DNA of 64,000 nucleotides, taken from the IMG/VR virus record IMGVR_UViG_3300032093_000013; one strand, 5' to 3'. This DNA is from a virus. This document shows positions 51,827 to 61,435 of the stretch, piece after piece. The notes below the pieces were generated by a model that made no database searches, was not told the origin of the DNA, and worked only from the letters and a program-made list of their open reading frames with translations. The translations under genes were made by a program, and so were the position numbers. Each line of letters opens with the position of its first letter. The stretch's first letter is position 1.

Positions 51827-52459
51827 TTATGGTTGGCTAGTAATATAATAAAGTTTTGGAATATAAGTATCAATGACAGATTGAATTTCAAAAACTTCAC
51901 CTTTTTTAATTCTTAAATACTTACCAAAATTAAGGTTGGTGAAATTTTCTTGAGTAGGACTTTTATAGGTGATTGTGTTTAATTCTGATTTATATATTGG
52001 ATTTGCAAGATAAAGATCTTTGTTTTTATCAACTACTTCTATCGTTTCTCCTGCTGATATTTTTATTTGCTCACCATTTAAAGTTTTTGCAGAACTTGGA
52101 CACTCCCACTCCACTCCTTCAGATTCATTTGTGGTAAACAAACTATTAAAATGTAATGAATAGCACCATTTTGAATTATCTTCTAAGGCAGTTATTAAAA
52201 CTGCCTTTTGTGGTCTTCTATTAAAAGAGTCTCCAGCATAAACAGTATCGATTACATCCGTTCCTATTTCTTGAAATGTAAAGCTTCCTTCGGTTGCAAA
52301 AGTGCATCCATAATCTTCTATTTGATTATCTTCTCCCAATTCAAGACTAGTTTTTGATAAGTCGCAGGTGATGAATATTTCACCTTTATTCATAGTCCAA
52401 TAACTTAACAGCAGTTTATTTTTACTATCTCTAAAATTTTTAAATTCTACTGGTTGCAT
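51827..52459 (-). CDS. hypothetical protein in tail fibre module
   Basis: 210-aa ORF coupled to the adhesin gene. Confidence 0.6.
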   Translation of the reverse strand: MQPVEFKNFRDSKNKLLLSYWTMNKGEIFITCDLSKTSLELGEDNQIEDYGCTFATEGSFTFQEIGTDVIDTVYAGDSFNRRPQKAVLITALEDNSKWCYSLHFNSLFTTNESEGVEWECPSSAKTLNGEQIKISAGETIEVVDKNKDLYLANPIYKSELNTITYKSPTQENFTNLNFGKYLRIKKGEVFEIQSVIDTYIPKLYYITSQP

Positions 52460-53346
52460 TACCCAACACCTCCTAATCTAGATCCAGTTACCAACCAAGT
52501 TGCAAAACCACTATTAACTATATAGTTGCCTGCCGTCCCTCCGCCACCAGAAGAACTTCCACCATTTTGCCCTAGATTTCCTCCACTTGCACCAGCAGAT
52601 CCTGAGGCGCTTGCAGCCCCATTTTGAGAATATCCACCGCCGCCGCCGCCACCGCCGGCAGTTAAATTTCCTGCAGTACCACTATTTGCACCAGATCCAC
52701 CAGATCCGGCAACAGATCCGGCGCCGCCACCACCTCCACCACCATCGGCGCAGGCAGTATCACACCTTTGCTCACAACAACCAACTTGCCGACATTGAGT
52801 AAAGCAACCACCGCTTCCTGCGCCGCCGCCACCTCCGCCGCCACCGATGGTTCCATTATTTGTAATGAAAGTTGTGAGATTTAAAGTTAAAGCTGGACCG
52901 CCATTGCTGCCCCCTCCACCATTTGCATTTCCACCATTTCCGCCAGCACCCACAATGTAATTATTATTTGTTAGATAGAGTGAAGATCCTGCAGGAAAAC
53001 TGCCGGTATTGAAGGCAGTTGTTGAAGTGTTTGATGCACTTATTGTTCCGTTTACAGTTAAGTAATATTTAACTGGCAGATTATTGGTAATAATCGTTGC
53101 AATTGATTTATATCCACCCGTAACAGATGCATTTGAAAGGTCATTATAGGCATTGTAATCTGTAGCCGCACCTATAGTTCTTGTAGCATTAATTATTTTA
53201 CTATAAAAATCTGAAAACTTTATCTGACCGCTGTTTGGAATACCAGCGTCTAAACCATAATATCTTGATATTGACCTTGTACCGGCAATACCAAATTCAT
53301 TTGTTATATCGGTAAAACTAATTGCACCAGATGATGGAGTGGGCAT
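52459..53346 (-). CDS. gp38-like glycine-rich receptor-recognition adhesin
   Basis: GAGGNGG, GGPAL and IGGGGGGGG polyglycine motifs; directly follows a fibre with an S74 chaperone domain, as gp37/gp38 in T2/T6-type phages. Confidence 0.7.
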   Translation of the reverse strand: MPTPSSGAISFTDITNEFGIAGTRSISRYYGLDAGIPNSGQIKFSDFYSKIINATRTIGAATDYNAYNDLSNASVTGGYKSIATIITNNLPVKYYLTVNGTISASNTSTTAFNTGSFPAGSSLYLTNNNYIVGAGGNGGNANGGGGSNGGPALTLNLTTFITNNGTIGGGGGGGGAGSGGCFTQCRQVGCCEQRCDTACADGGGGGGGAGSVAGSGGSGANSGTAGNLTAGGGGGGGGYSQNGAASASGSAGASGGNLGQNGGSSSGGGGTAGNYIVNSGFATWLVTGSRLGGVG

Positions 53347-53347
53347 T

Positions 53348-56300
53348 TTACTTATTGATTGTTTGTTTTAGTTCATCAATTTCAGTTTTTAAATCTTTAA
53401 TTGCTTCAATTAAAAGTGGGACAAGTTTTTCATAACGAACGGCGAGGTATCCATTCTCTCTTGTTGTTACTGCCTCCGGTAAAACTTCAAGAATTTCTTG
53501 TGCAACAACACCAACATCATTACCCTCTTTGTTTGATTTTTCATTCCAATCAAATGTATTACCACTGATTGAAATGACCTTATTCAAAGCATCTGGGATT
53601 GGAGTGATATTATCTTTTAACCTTTGGTCCGAAGTATAGAATGCCGTGATATCTTGAGTGACTCTTAATTCACCATTAACAGTTGTAATATCGGTGATTG
53701 CATCTCCAAGAGTTGTGTTTCCATTAACGTTTAATGTTCCAGCAACTGTTACATTTGCTCCCGAAAGACTGATAGCGGTTGATCCATCAGATGCTTGAAT
53801 ATCATTACCATTGACTCTAATATCGCCAGCAAATGTGGTCAGGGTATTTGATGTCAGAGTAATATTAGTATTACCATTTGATGCCTGAATATCATTACCA
53901 TTAATACGAATATCGCCAGCAAATGTAGTCAGAGTGTTAGATGTTAATGTAATATTAGTATTTCCATCAGATGCTTGAATATCATTACCATTAATTCTCA
54001 GGTCATTTGTAACAATTAAATCATTGGCAGTGGTTACATTTGTTCCAGATAGACTGAGTGCAACAGATCCGGTGGAAGATTGAATATCATTACCATTAAT
54101 TCTCAGGTCATTTGTGACAATGAGATTATTGGCAGTTGTTACATCTGTACCTGACAAACTAAGTGCTACAGAACCTGCTGAAGACTGAATATCATTACCA
54201 TTAATACGAATATCGCCAGCAAATGTTGTAAGTGTATTAGATGCTAATGTAATGTTTGTGTTACCATCAGATGCTTGAATATCGTTGCCATTGACGCGCA
54301 AATCGCTGCTTACTATTACAATTCCTGACCCATTTGGAGTAAGTGTAATGTTGCCGTTGGTATTTGTAGAACTTAATACATTTCCGTCCAGTCTCAAATT
54401 ATCAACATCAAGAGATGTATTTAAAGTTACGCTACCAGTGAAAACAGAATTTCCACCAACATAAAGATTTTCTCCAATTCCAACTCCACCTTTGACAGTC
54501 AGAGCACCTTTTCCAACAGAATCGGAAGATGTTGTATTTGTAATTCTGACTTGTCCACTAAATGTAACAGCATCTTTTGCTCTGATTTGTTTGTTGAATG
54601 TTACAGGACCGTCAAATTGAGAAAGAACCGTACCAGAATCACCACCCTCTACAAGAAGTCTTTCTTTAACAGTGACTTCATCATAAACAACACTGGATTT
54701 GGAAGGATCTTGTCCAGTTACTGTAGGAGTTGGAATATCATATGAAGTAACCTCACCTGAAGTTGAAGATGTTTTGGTGTTTCCACTGAAGAAATCACCA
54801 TTGTTATTCATACCAGTATAAACAACAATGCCCCCAGATCTTTCTTGTGATTGAACTAAGAAATCTTCTCTTTCAGTAAGAGACTTGATTTGAACTTGAG
54901 GAAGACCAGTGGAATAGTTTCCGGGACCGTAACCAAGATATTCAAATGTATGTCCAGAAGCACGAAGAATTGATGGTCTACGGAATTCAACTGGAATTGG
55001 GTCAATCTTACGAATTAGTGATCCTGCATCGTGAGTTTCTTTTCTTGTTCCAAGAGCACCACGAATGACTGTAAATTGAGAATTATTACTTGAAGAAGTA
55101 ATTCTCATTATTTCACTATCAATTTGGATGTAAGATCCCATTGAGAATCTTGCACCAGTTCCAATACCCGAAGTAATAGAAGAAATTTGAAGAGTTGTTG
55201 CAGCAGAATCATCTGTAATTGCTGCAGTGAGTCTTACAATTTCATTTCCATAAAAAGAAGTTTGACGAATACCAAAGTTTTCTTCTCTAATATCAGAAAT
55301 CGCATCATTAGCAGACAGACCGTGCTTCAATACATGACCATTTGCAACACTCAATGATTGATTTGTAATCGCAGTAAATGTAGTTACGCCTACTCTTTCC
55401 TTAACTAGATAGTCTCCAGCATTATTATTAGAAGAATCGATGACTCTAAACTTGTTTCCTGCCAACAATCCATGTGGAGTTGCTGTCGTGAATGTTGCAA
55501 TTCCAGTTGTTGAACTATAACTTGTAGATGTAATTCTAGCAGATGGTCCTACAATGAAGACATACTCACCAACAACTGGTGTTGGATCTCCAGCAGTTTT
55601 AGCAATAGAGATTTGAGATGCAGAATTAACTGCACTGATACGATGATAAGAATCAGATGTGGTGCCAATACCAGTAATCTGAACTACATCACCAATGCTT
55701 GTAGAAATACCGGCGGTTGATAATGTATATCTCGCGTTACCATTACCAGCACCAATTCTGGTGTTGTCAAAATAGAGTGCTTCTCCGTTTGTATATCCAG
55801 ATCCAGCGGAAATAATATCAACGGAAGTAACAGCACCACCAGTTACAACTACTTTTGCGGTGGCACCTTTCCAAGTTCCAACAGAGGGACTTGGGTCTGT
55901 GTTTAGGAGTTTTACATCATAATAGGTGCCATTATTGTATGATGCTCCAGCAGTAATCGCACCAATAGCAATACCACCGAGACCATGATTTCTTCCAAAG
56001 GTAAGAGTAGCACTTGTTGAAGATGAAGTAAGCGAAGTAATTGATTGACCAATTCCTAGAGATGTTGCGAATTTATCAATCGTTTCGCGGGTAATACTCT
56101 TCTTTAAGTCGCTTGTATTTGTGTCGCCAATTGGTGAGCGAAGTGCAAATGTTTTTGCTGCTGGAGGATTGGAATTGACATTATCTCTATCCAATTGGGG
56201 ATAAAGATCCACAGGACTTTGCGAATACTTTAGGTTTATAAACTCTTCAGGAATTCCGTTACTTGCATTTAAAACATACAAGTGGTAGATTCCATCTTGC

Positions 56301-59158
56301 TGCCCCTCAACATAAGAAGAAATTACTTCATTTCGATAGACATAAAGATTTTGTCGAATATCATTTCTTTCGAAACGAGGAAGATCTCTAATTTGGTCAT
56401 CGGTAACTCTTAAATCAATATTATTTGTGCTGGAAGCACCTGGAGTATGAACTCTTCCAGTCAAATCTGTGGTAGAGTATGTAAACGACATATCATTTAC
56501 AACAGAAGCAACACGGAATCTTCCGTTGTATCCACGATTATATGTGCCAGTTAAGTTACTGCTGTCGGTTACATTCTTAACAATGACAATATCATCAACA
56601 TTTAAGTCATGTGGAAGTTCAGATAAGACTGTAACCGTACCAGAACTTACTGTGCAAGTTGTAATGAATCTTTGATTCTTATTGTAATTGTAATCGGTGC
56701 TTGCAATACTAGTTCTTGTAAAATCATTAGGTCTTGCACCAGTTGTGCTTGAGTCCTGAATAATAAATCCGTTTTCTGGATCCTTAGCACCAGAAAGTTC
56801 TTTTGGAATAACTGCTCTTATCTTATAAACTTTCTCATCCAAACTTCTTTCATCAATGATTCTCTTCACATAAGTGAGATCGGTGGTCTCACTTAATCCA
56901 GCAACACCAAGCGTATTAATTTGATTGTAAATTTGGTTACCGCTATTTACGGTAATAAACCAGTTACCTGCACTTGAGTCATATTGAATTGGCGATCCAA
57001 TATCACCTGCAATTTTATCAGAAACTCTACTATAAACCTTCAGTTGAGTGCCACCATAAAGAGTCAGAGCTTCATTATTCAGAGCATTTGTAAATGATGT
57101 TGCAAGTTTAATTTGAGTAGAGCTAACTCGAATTGTATAGTAATCGATATGTGGGGTTACATTTTCTGGCAAATCTCCTGTTTCACTATTGATGATAATC
57201 TTTTCACCCGTTTGAATGGCATGAGTTCCAAGAGTTAGAATTGAAGAAGATACATTTGTTACTGAATATGCGTGGAAGGAACTTGTGATTCCATCCTCCA
57301 TATAAATGTCTGCAGAATATTCTGTAGCCCCAATTGCAAGGTATAATTTATCACGAACTCTTGCACCAATTCGGTATCCTTGAGTAACACTCACAGGAAT
57401 ACTATCTGATGCATTTAATCCATAAAGATAAAGATGAGTTGATACGCCAACAGAAGTTGTAAGACCAACATCAATTGACAACCATTCAATATCTTCTTCT
57501 ACTAAACTAATATCTCTTGGAGTAATGATAGAAGTGATGAAAGCATTATCATCTTTTGAAAATGCCTCTGCTTTGAATCCATCAGAGTTTAATGAAATTT
57601 GACCGAAGTTTGAGTTAGAGTTAGTAATCGATGCATCACCACCGGACTCTAAATCAAAATGCTTATTGAAACCAATTGCAAAAACAGAAACAACTTGAAT
57701 AAAAGAATCGTTTGTTACTTTGATATGACTCGTTTCCCACCCATGACGATAGATGGCATTTGGATCTAAGTGGTAGACTTTTGTTGTATCTGTTTGAGAA
57801 GCGCCAGTAGGTAAGTCTCCACCATAAACGGTGTTATAAATGACACCATTATAAGTTCTAGTTTCCTTATCATACTTTACAAAAGCTCTATCATCTTTTT
57901 GGAGTGACACAGCAGTAAACTGTGCAACAACCATTGAACGGAATCCTGATGCTTTGCTGCCATCAGCGTGCATTCCATTCATACCCCAAACTGATCTTAA
58001 TGAGCAGTTAAAGATATATGGCGAAGCACCAGATACTGTATCAGTTTCTACCGTAACTGTAGCACCCGATGCACTTGGACTAGCAGGTAATGTGATTGGG
58101 AATGTTTGAAGTAGATACGTAAATTGTGTATCACTAATGACTGCTTGTACAGTTGAAGCAATGTTATATTCTGGTGCAGAAACTCCTCTGATTTTAATTG
58201 GAGTGCCTATGTTTAAATTGTGCGCTTCTGTTGTAGTTACAGTAACTTGTGTGCTTGCTGTCGTTCCGTTACCAGAAATAATTGTTGCAATTTCAATAGG
58301 ATCTGAAGCAAAGGCACCAACAATTTGCCATTCTGGATTTCTCTTTGCAAAATCTTCAGTGCTGGCAGGAAACTTTGCAGTCGTTGGAATTGGGCGATAT
58401 GAATTAAAAGCATTCGATAACTTACTATAATACATATCAAGGTCTGTTAGACCATATGTGCCAACCTCATTGACACCATCAGCATATTCAAAACAGGTCA
58501 GTTTATGGTGAGAGAATCTTGGTGCTGACTGATAGTTACTTGAAAAGAAAGATGGGTGAGTATAAACAAGACTAGAATCATCTGCGTCAAAAAATGAAAA
58601 CTGCCAGAAATAACAAGCTCCTGTTACTCTAAAGATTGCAGATTTAGAAACCAAAGGATCCGTTGGGTTTGGAACATACTTTGGTCTAACTTTTGTTTTT
58701 CTTAAGTCAAGACCTACAATAGAAGTTCCTCTAGGAACTACAACACCGCCAGTAACGCTGTTAAATTTGTAAAGAATATTATCTTCTTGCGTTAAATCGA
58801 AGTTGGAATCTAATTCTAGGGATAAAACTGCTTGTGCAGGAGATCCAATTCCTCCAGTTGGCGGCACAGCATATGCAGTTCCACTATTATCATAAATTGC
58901 AAAACCTGGTCTGTTATCAATTAAATGCTCACCTGGCCAAACTAAAATTGTTGTTTTTTCTACTAAATCATTATCATTTCCATTCACAAAAGAAAATCTT
59001 GCTGCTTCCAATAACGCTCTTTGAATCGTCTTAAATGGCTGAGCAAGAGAGTTGCCAGTATTTGTAATTGAATCTGTAGCGTCTAAATCATTTGGATTTA
59101 CATATAATGTACGCCCTTCAATGTTTTTGATAAAGTTGTCTAATTTATTTAATCCCAA
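53348..59158 (-). CDS. long tail fibre protein with C-terminal intramolecular chaperone (peptidase S74)
   Basis: PFKTIQRA beta-helix-type N-terminus; six DxRxNGNDIQ repeats; SDQRLKDNI...VRYEKLVPLLIEAIKDL; TATAAATA at 59189-59196. Confidence 0.8.
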   Translation of the reverse strand: MGLNKLDNFIKNIEGRTLYVNPNDLDATDSITNTGNSLAQPFKTIQRALLEAARFSFVNGNDNDLVEKTTILVWPGEHLIDNRPGFAIYDNSGTAYAVPPTGGIGSPAQAVLSLELDSNFDLTQEDNILYKFNSVTGGVVVPRGTSIVGLDLRKTKVRPKYVPNPTDPLVSKSAIFRVTGACYFWQFSFFDADDSSLVYTHPSFFSSNYQSAPRFSHHKLTCFEYADGVNEVGTYGLTDLDMYYSKLSNAFNSYRPIPTTAKFPASTEDFAKRNPEWQIVGAFASDPIEIATIISGNGTTASTQVTVTTTEAHNLNIGTPIKIRGVSAPEYNIASTVQAVISDTQFTYLLQTFPITLPASPSASGATVTVETDTVSGASPYIFNCSLRSVWGMNGMHADGSKASGFRSMVVAQFTAVSLQKDDRAFVKYDKETRTYNGVIYNTVYGGDLPTGASQTDTTKVYHLDPNAIYRHGWETSHIKVTNDSFIQVVSVFAIGFNKHFDLESGGDASITNSNSNFGQISLNSDGFKAEAFSKDDNAFITSIITPRDISLVEEDIEWLSIDVGLTTSVGVSTHLYLYGLNASDSIPVSVTQGYRIGARVRDKLYLAIGATEYSADIYMEDGITSSFHAYSVTNVSSSILTLGTHAIQTGEKIIINSETGDLPENVTPHIDYYTIRVSSTQIKLATSFTNALNNEALTLYGGTQLKVYSRVSDKIAGDIGSPIQYDSSAGNWFITVNSGNQIYNQINTLGVAGLSETTDLTYVKRIIDERSLDEKVYKIRAVIPKELSGAKDPENGFIIQDSSTTGARPNDFTRTSIASTDYNYNKNQRFITTCTVSSGTVTVLSELPHDLNVDDIVIVKNVTDSSNLTGTYNRGYNGRFRVASVVNDMSFTYSTTDLTGRVHTPGASSTNNIDLRVTDDQIRDLPRFERNDIRQNLYVYRNEVISSYVEGQQDGIYHLYVLNASNGIPEEFINLKYSQSPVDLYPQLDRDNVNSNPPAAKTFALRSPIGDTNTSDLKKSITRETIDKFATSLGIGQSITSLTSSSTSATLTFGRNHGLGGIAIGAITAGASYNNGTYYDVKLLNTDPSPSVGTWKGATAKVVVTGGAVTSVDIISAGSGYTNGEALYFDNTRIGAGNGNARYTLSTAGISTSIGDVVQITGIGTTSDSYHRISAVNSASQISIAKTAGDPTPVVGEYVFIVGPSARITSTSYSSTTGIATFTTATPHGLLAGNKFRVIDSSNNNAGDYLVKERVGVTTFTAITNQSLSVANGHVLKHGLSANDAISDIREENFGIRQTSFYGNEIVRLTAAITDDSAATTLQISSITSGIGTGARFSMGSYIQIDSEIMRITSSSNNSQFTVIRGALGTRKETHDAGSLIRKIDPIPVEFRRPSILRASGHTFEYLGYGPGNYSTGLPQVQIKSLTEREDFLVQSQERSGGIVVYTGMNNNGDFFSGNTKTSSTSGEVTSYDIPTPTVTGQDPSKSSVVYDEVTVKERLLVEGGDSGTVLSQFDGPVTFNKQIRAKDAVTFSGQVRITNTTSSDSVGKGALTVKGGVGIGENLYVGGNSVFTGSVTLNTSLDVDNLRLDGNVLSSTNTNGNITLTPNGSGIVIVSSDLRVNGNDIQASDGNTNITLASNTLTTFAGDIRINGNDIQSSAGSVALSLSGTDVTTANNLIVTNDLRINGNDIQSSTGSVALSLSGTNVTTANDLIVTNDLRINGNDIQASDGNTNITLTSNTLTTFAGDIRINGNDIQASNGNTNITLTSNTLTTFAGDIRVNGNDIQASDGSTAISLSGANVTVAGTLNVNGNTTLGDAITDITTVNGELRVTQDITAFYTSDQRLKDNITPIPDALNKVISISGNTFDWNEKSNKEGNDVGVVAQEILEVLPEAVTTRENGYLAVRYEKLVPLLIEAIKDLKTEIDELKQTINK

Positions 59159-59187
59159 GGTTCCACACCATTAAATTCTTCTGTGTT

Positions 59188-59730
59188 TTATTTATATTTG
59201 CTCATCCAATACTTGTGTAGAAATCCCAAAATATAATCATCGCCAGGACGCTCTTTACTTAACTTATTTTCTATACCGTTATTCCACCATTTTTTTCCAA
59301 AAGATGGATTATTTTCTCCCGATAGTCCTTTACTCATATTGTGTCTGTGTTCTTTCGTAAATATTTTTTTCTTTGCTGCCTCACTTAATTTTCGTTTATG
59401 TTCATCTGTAAATTTCTTACCTTTATGACTATCACTTAACTTCTTTTTAGTTTCATCACTTAAACGGCGACCAGCACATCCTTCTCCACCGTCAGTCATA
59501 TTTCTCAAAATACCTGTTCCCAAATCTTTTCGACCAAGGACAGCAATCATATAAATCTCGTGCTTTCTTGCTTCTTCATCGGTAAGATTTTTCTTTAAAT
59601 AAATTATTCTTTCTTTTTCTTTAGGAACAGCAATTCTATGTAAATTATTAGTAATTCTTCCTGCCTTACCCTTACCAATATAATAAGGTGTGCCGTCTTC
59701 ACGCAAATAAGCGTAAGTGTAGTATTCCAT
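59188..59730 (-). CDS. GIY-YIG homing endonuclease with NUMOD3 repeats (start revised to MEYYTY)
   Basis: YYTYAYLREDGTPYYIGKGK..R, NMTDGGEG, SDETKKKLSDSHKGK. Confidence 0.85.
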   Translation of the reverse strand: MEYYTYAYLREDGTPYYIGKGKAGRITNNLHRIAVPKEKERIIYLKKNLTDEEARKHEIYMIAVLGRKDLGTGILRNMTDGGEGCAGRRLSDETKKKLSDSHKGKKFTDEHKRKLSEAAKKKIFTKEHRHNMSKGLSGENNPSFGKKWWNNGIENKLSKERPGDDYILGFLHKYWMSKYK

Positions 59731-59731
59731 C

Positions 59732-59820
59732 TGCTTTTTGTTTGTGGTAATAATATTTATACAAGAAAAGGAGCATTTCTGCTCCCATTCTTTACTTTTG
59801 AATAACCACAAACAAAAGCA
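59732..59820 (-). promoter_or_regulatory. late promoter, terminator and RBS-sequestering inverted repeat
   Basis: IR 59732-59748/59805-59820; TATAAATA 59754-59761; GAAA hairpin 59770-59785 followed by a U-rich tract. Confidence 0.75.
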
Positions 59821-59827
59821 TTATTAT

Positions 59828-60148
59828 TTATGAAGTCAAATCTTCCCCACCATATTCAAATTCAAGGTCGTCTGGAAGGTCTTCAGGGTTTTCTAACTCA
59901 ACTGGAAAGAAGCAAGGATGCACCTCTTCATCGATAAGATAGAAAGAACTTCTATATAAGTCTTCTGGTTCAAATGTACGATTCTTATCTGCTGCTCTAC
60001 AAAGATCTTGATCGTATAAATGTCCGTCTGGGAGTTCGTCAAACGTGAAAGGAATGTGATTAATAAAATACATCTTCACGATCATACTGCCATCGTTATA
60101 CCAGCAGTATGCAGTGTCGATACGATAAGACATAGGAAAAATTCCCAT
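59828..60148 (-). CDS. conserved cyanophage hypothetical protein
   Basis: YCWY...IVKMYFINHIPFTFDEL...YLIDEEVHPC. Confidence 0.65.
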   Translation of the reverse strand: MGIFPMSYRIDTAYCWYNDGSMIVKMYFINHIPFTFDELPDGHLYDQDLCRAADKNRTFEPEDLYRSSFYLIDEEVHPCFFPVELENPEDLPDDLEFEYGGEDLTS

Positions 60149-60157
60149 ATCTTATAT

Positions 60158-60619
60158 TTATTTTTTATTCTTACCCCTGTAGGTGTCTGTTTGAGCGTGA
60201 CAGTTGGGGCACAGGATGCGAAGGTTTTCTAAACGATTATCGTGATGGTTGCCGTTTATGTGGTCAAGTTCAATAGGTGCTGGTTTTCCATTCCACTCCG
60301 TTATACCACAGCACTCGCACTTATGTTGTTTGAGACCTTCTGCTATTAATCGTTTTTTAAATTTATGCGATTGGTGATATGAATTTTCAGTCAAATAATA
60401 TTCAATAGGTTTTTTAGTGTAATCGTGTGTTTTTCCTCTTAAGTGTGCTTGCCCAGTAAAATGAGAATCATCAAGATTTAGAGTTTTTATTCTTTTTTGA
60501 GCAACTTCATAGTTTCCACCTGCTTGTTTTAAATTAAGTTTGGATAAAACTTGTCTAATACTCGTGGAAGTTTTGACTGCCTCTATAAATTGCTCATCAG
60601 TATATTTACGATTAGACAT
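60158..60619 (-). CDS. HNH endonuclease (tRNA-cluster associated)
   Basis: CECCG..ELDHINGNHHDNRLENLRILCPNCH; TATAAATA at 60643-60650. Confidence 0.9.
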   Translation of the reverse strand: MSNRKYTDEQFIEAVKTSTSIRQVLSKLNLKQAGGNYEVAQKRIKTLNLDDSHFTGQAHLRGKTHDYTKKPIEYYLTENSYHQSHKFKKRLIAEGLKQHKCECCGITEWNGKPAPIELDHINGNHHDNRLENLRILCPNCHAQTDTYRGKNKK

Positions 60620-60667
60620 AACTTAAACGGAAAACTCATTATTATTTATATTGCTATGTCTTTTAAG

Positions 60668-60742
60668 TAGCGGTGGCGAGATTCGAACTCGCACTGTATT
60701 GATTTTAAGTCAACTGCCTGCTGCCGATTGGGCTACACCGCC
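60668..60742 (-). tRNA. tRNA-Leu(UAA), short variable loop, no encoded CCA
   Basis: GGCGGTG/CACCGCT acceptor; GTTGA-CTTAAAA-TCAAT; GCGAG-TTCGAAT-CTCGC; promoter TTGACC-17-TATAAT at 60752-60780. Confidence 0.85.
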
Positions 60743-60781
60743 AATAAGACCATTATAACTCAAAGAGTTGTAGTGGTCAAG

Positions 60782-60855
60782 TGCTCGTTGAGAGAATCGA
60801 ACTCTTCCTACGGCGCTTTATGAGAACGCTGCCTTCACCAGATGGCTAAACGAGC
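60782..60855 (-). tRNA. tRNA with CAU anticodon (Ile2 or elongator Met)
   Basis: GCTCGTT/AACGAGC acceptor; GCGTT-CTCATAA-AGCGC; TTCGATT T-loop. Confidence 0.85.
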
Positions 60856-60884
60856 ATTCGCTATTCGCAAATAAAGAATAGCAA

Positions 60885-60972
60885 TACGAGTGCCTGGATT
60901 CGAACCAGGTCAAAGCCGCTAATCTGGCGGAAAGAGTTTATAAGACTCCTCTGACTACCAAGTCTCACTCGC
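60885..60972 (-). tRNA. non-canonical tRNA-like gene with UAU (Ile) anticodon
   Basis: GCGAGTG/CACTCGT acceptor; GGAGT-CTTATAA-ACTCT; CCTGG-TTCGAAT-CCAGG; long variable arm; minimal D-arm. Confidence 0.7.
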
Positions 60973-60980
60973 TTCTGCGT

Positions 60981-61154
60981 TTATGATGCCTCGTTATTAT
61001 ACTCAGTGTGTATTCGTATGAGGTCATCATCGGCAGGTATCATAACTGCTGCTCTACCATTCTCGTCTACTATACCTAAACTCTCTCCGTTTTCCACTCT
61101 TTCAATTAGTTCGTCAAAACGTTCTTGAAACTCTGCCACTGTGAAAACTTCCAT
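60981..61154 (-). CDS. Phd/YefM antitoxin-like micro-protein (57 aa)
   Basis: Manual translation MEVFTVAEFQERFDELIERVENGESLGIVDENGRAAVMIPADDDLIRIHTEYNNEAS; TATAAATA at 61168-61175. Confidence 0.6.
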   Translation of the reverse strand: MEVFTVAEFQERFDELIERVENGESLGIVDENGRAAVMIPADDDLIRIHTEYNNEAS

Positions 61155-61183
61155 TCGGTTTTTTCGATATTTATACTATAGCA

Positions 61184-61384
61184 TCACTGCCCATAAATGG
61201 CAAGATCAGCATACTCAATCTGCTCAGGGTCAAGTTGAGCGGTGACAACTTCCAACACATTCATAAACTCTTCTACAGTATCACACTCAACCAAACGCTC
61301 GCTGCCCTGGTCGCTGAGGAGAAGGAAGGTGCGGGTGCATACATCAATCACAATGCCCTGGACGGTTTCTTGTGCAGTGCTCAT
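61184..61384 (-). CDS. conserved hypothetical protein
   Basis: 66-aa ORF with TTGACA-17-TATAAT at 61411-61439. Confidence 0.7.
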   Translation of the reverse strand: MSTAQETVQGIVIDVCTRTFLLLSDQGSERLVECDTVEEFMNVLEVVTAQLDPEQIEYADLAIYGQ

Positions 61385-61435
61385 GGGGTGGTTTCGTCGA
61401 TTACCCCCATATTATAGGGCAGCTGGGGGCGGGTG

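Noticed and set aside
36362-60619. Group I introns around the three endonucleases
   Set aside because: The flanking genes are not interrupted and there is no room for an intron core, so the endonucleases are free-standing
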